Source: Chiloscyllium plagiosum
Lineage: Eukaryota
DNA length: 64,000 nucleotides
Assembly (NCBI RefSeq): GCF_004010195.1
Contig: NC_057752.1
Span: 6,959,802-7,023,801 of the forward strand
Reading direction: 5' to 3'
Shown: positions 62,620 to 64,000 of the stretch, one piece after another
Numbering within the stretch: position 1 is the first letter of the stretch
Layout: every line of letters begins with the position of its first letter
The notes under the pieces: model-generated
Databases searched by the model: none
What the model saw: only the letters and a program-made list of their open reading frames with translations
What the model was told of the DNA's origin: nothing
Translations under genes and position numbers: made by a program

Positions 62620-63505
62620 AGTCATCCACCCACATTTCCACCACCTCCAAAAAGACCCCACCACCAGGGATATATTTCCCTCCCCACCCCTTTCCGCCTT
62701 CCGCAAAGACCATTCCCTCCGTGACTACCTGGTCAGGTCCACACCCCCCTACGACCTACCCTCCCATCCTGGCACTTTCCCCTGCCACCGCAGGAACTGT
62801 AAAACCTGTGCCCACACCTCCCTCACCTCTATTCAAGGCCCTAAAAGGAGCCTTCCACATCCAAAGTTTTACCTGCACATCCACTAATCATTTATTGTAT
62901 CCGTTGCTCCCGATGCGGTCTCCTCTACATTGGGGAGACTGGGCACCTCTTAGCGCGCTTTAGGGAACATCTCCGGGACACCTGCACCAATCAACCAAAC
63001 CGCCCCGTGGCCCAACATTTCAACTCCCCCTCCCACTCTGCCGAGGATATGGAGGTCCTGGGCCTCCTTCACTGCTGCTCCCTCACCAGACGCCTGGAGG
63101 AAGAACGCCTCATCTTCCGCCTCGGAACACTTCAACCCCAGAGCATCAATGTGGACTTCAACAGCTTCCTCATTTCCCCTTCCCCCACCTCATCCTAGTT
63201 TCAAACTTCTAGCTCCGCACTGTCCCCTTGACTTGTCCGACCTGCCTAGTTCCTTTTCCACCTATCCACTCCACCCTGACTTATCTCCTCCCCCACTCAC
63301 CTATTATACTCGATGCTACTTTCTCCCCACCCTCCTCTAGCTTATCTCTCCACGCTTCAGGCTCTCTGCCTTTATTCCTGATGAAGGGCTTTTGCCCAAA
63401 ACGTCGATTTTGCTGCTCGTCGGATGCTGCCTGAATTGCTGTGCTCTTCCAGCACCAATGATCCAGAATCTGGTTTCCAGCATCTGCAGTCATTGTTTTT
63501 ACCTA
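62620..63505 (+). mobile_element. Penelope-like element 3' part: Cys/His linker, GIY-YIG endonuclease, pLTR with hammerhead motif
   Basis: GTFPCHRRNCKTC, FTCTSTN, YCIRCSRCGLLYIGET, RFREHL, VAQHFNSPSHS, RRLEEERLIFRLGTLQP; CTGATGA-A-GGGC-TTTT-GCCC-AAAA-CGTC at 63378-63405 (GAAA mutated to AAAA). Confidence 0.9.
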
Positions 63506-63804
63506 CTTGGGTTTAGGGACAAGCAGAACAATTTGAGAAACCAGAAGCCTTAAAAAGAATTAGACCTGGGAAACGTTCAGAGTAGACACCAAATTCCAGA
63601 CAAAAGCATAGCATAACACTATTTTTGTTGAATTATGGTAATGAGCCACTAGGGTGGCCAGGCAAGTAAACTGGTCAAAAAAACTAGCATATCAGAAGGA
63701 CCCTCTGCTTCATATCAGACTAAGTAGTCTGTTTAGTTCAATAAAACACCTCAAAAAAAAGTGAGCACATTACAAAGTGTCTGTGCAAGCAAGGCAATTA
63801 TCCA

Positions 63805-64000
63805 GATAGTCAGATGTACAGCATGGAAACAGACCCTTCAATCCAACCTGTCCACACCAACCAGATATCCCAACCCAATCTAGTTCCGCCTGCCAGCACC
63901 CAGCCCATATCCCTCCAAACGCTTCCTATTCATATACCCATCCAAATGCCTTTTAAATGGTTGCAATTGTACCAGCCTCCACCACTTCCTCTGGCAGCTC
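63805..64000 (-). mobile_element. CR1 LINE 3' end (runs off window)
   Basis: Same tail as 18568-18945. Confidence 0.88.

Noticed and set aside
1..64000. CRISPR array or prokaryotic operon
   Set aside because: No regularly spaced repeat-spacer array; the sequence is intron-containing vertebrate DNA.

Overview
Eukaryotic, repeat-dense vertebrate DNA. The repeat families (HE1/V-SINE, Deu-SINE, CR1-clade LINEs, Penelope) point to a cartilaginous fish, probably a shark (inference). Two spliced protein-coding genes lie in tandem on the minus strand. (1) RAB5B: five coding exons between 59652 and 53971, 648 nt = 215 aa + stop; the first non-coding exon was not found in the window. (2) A strongly diverged LRRFIP-family gene that the ORF track mostly misses: exons 45134-45220, 20039-20125, 8187-8357, 5534-5623 and 2194-3687, all phase 0 with GT-AG. 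The minimal product is 642 aa, with a long acidic last exon ending in a CaaX box (CLVS). It may be an additional vertebrate LRRFIP paralogue (ohnologue) beside RAB5B. The introns contain a decayed endogenous retrovirus (LTRs TGTTG..CAACA, tRNA-Asn-like PBS, PPT, env-like remnant), solo LTRs, many LINE/SINE fragments, and about ten Penelope-associated minimal hammerhead ribozyme motifs from several subfamilies, including tiny TSD-flanked ribozyme insertions and fold-back structures. Protein family assignments come from recalled sequences aligned by eye, not from database searches. Repeat boundaries are approximate unless a TSD is given.
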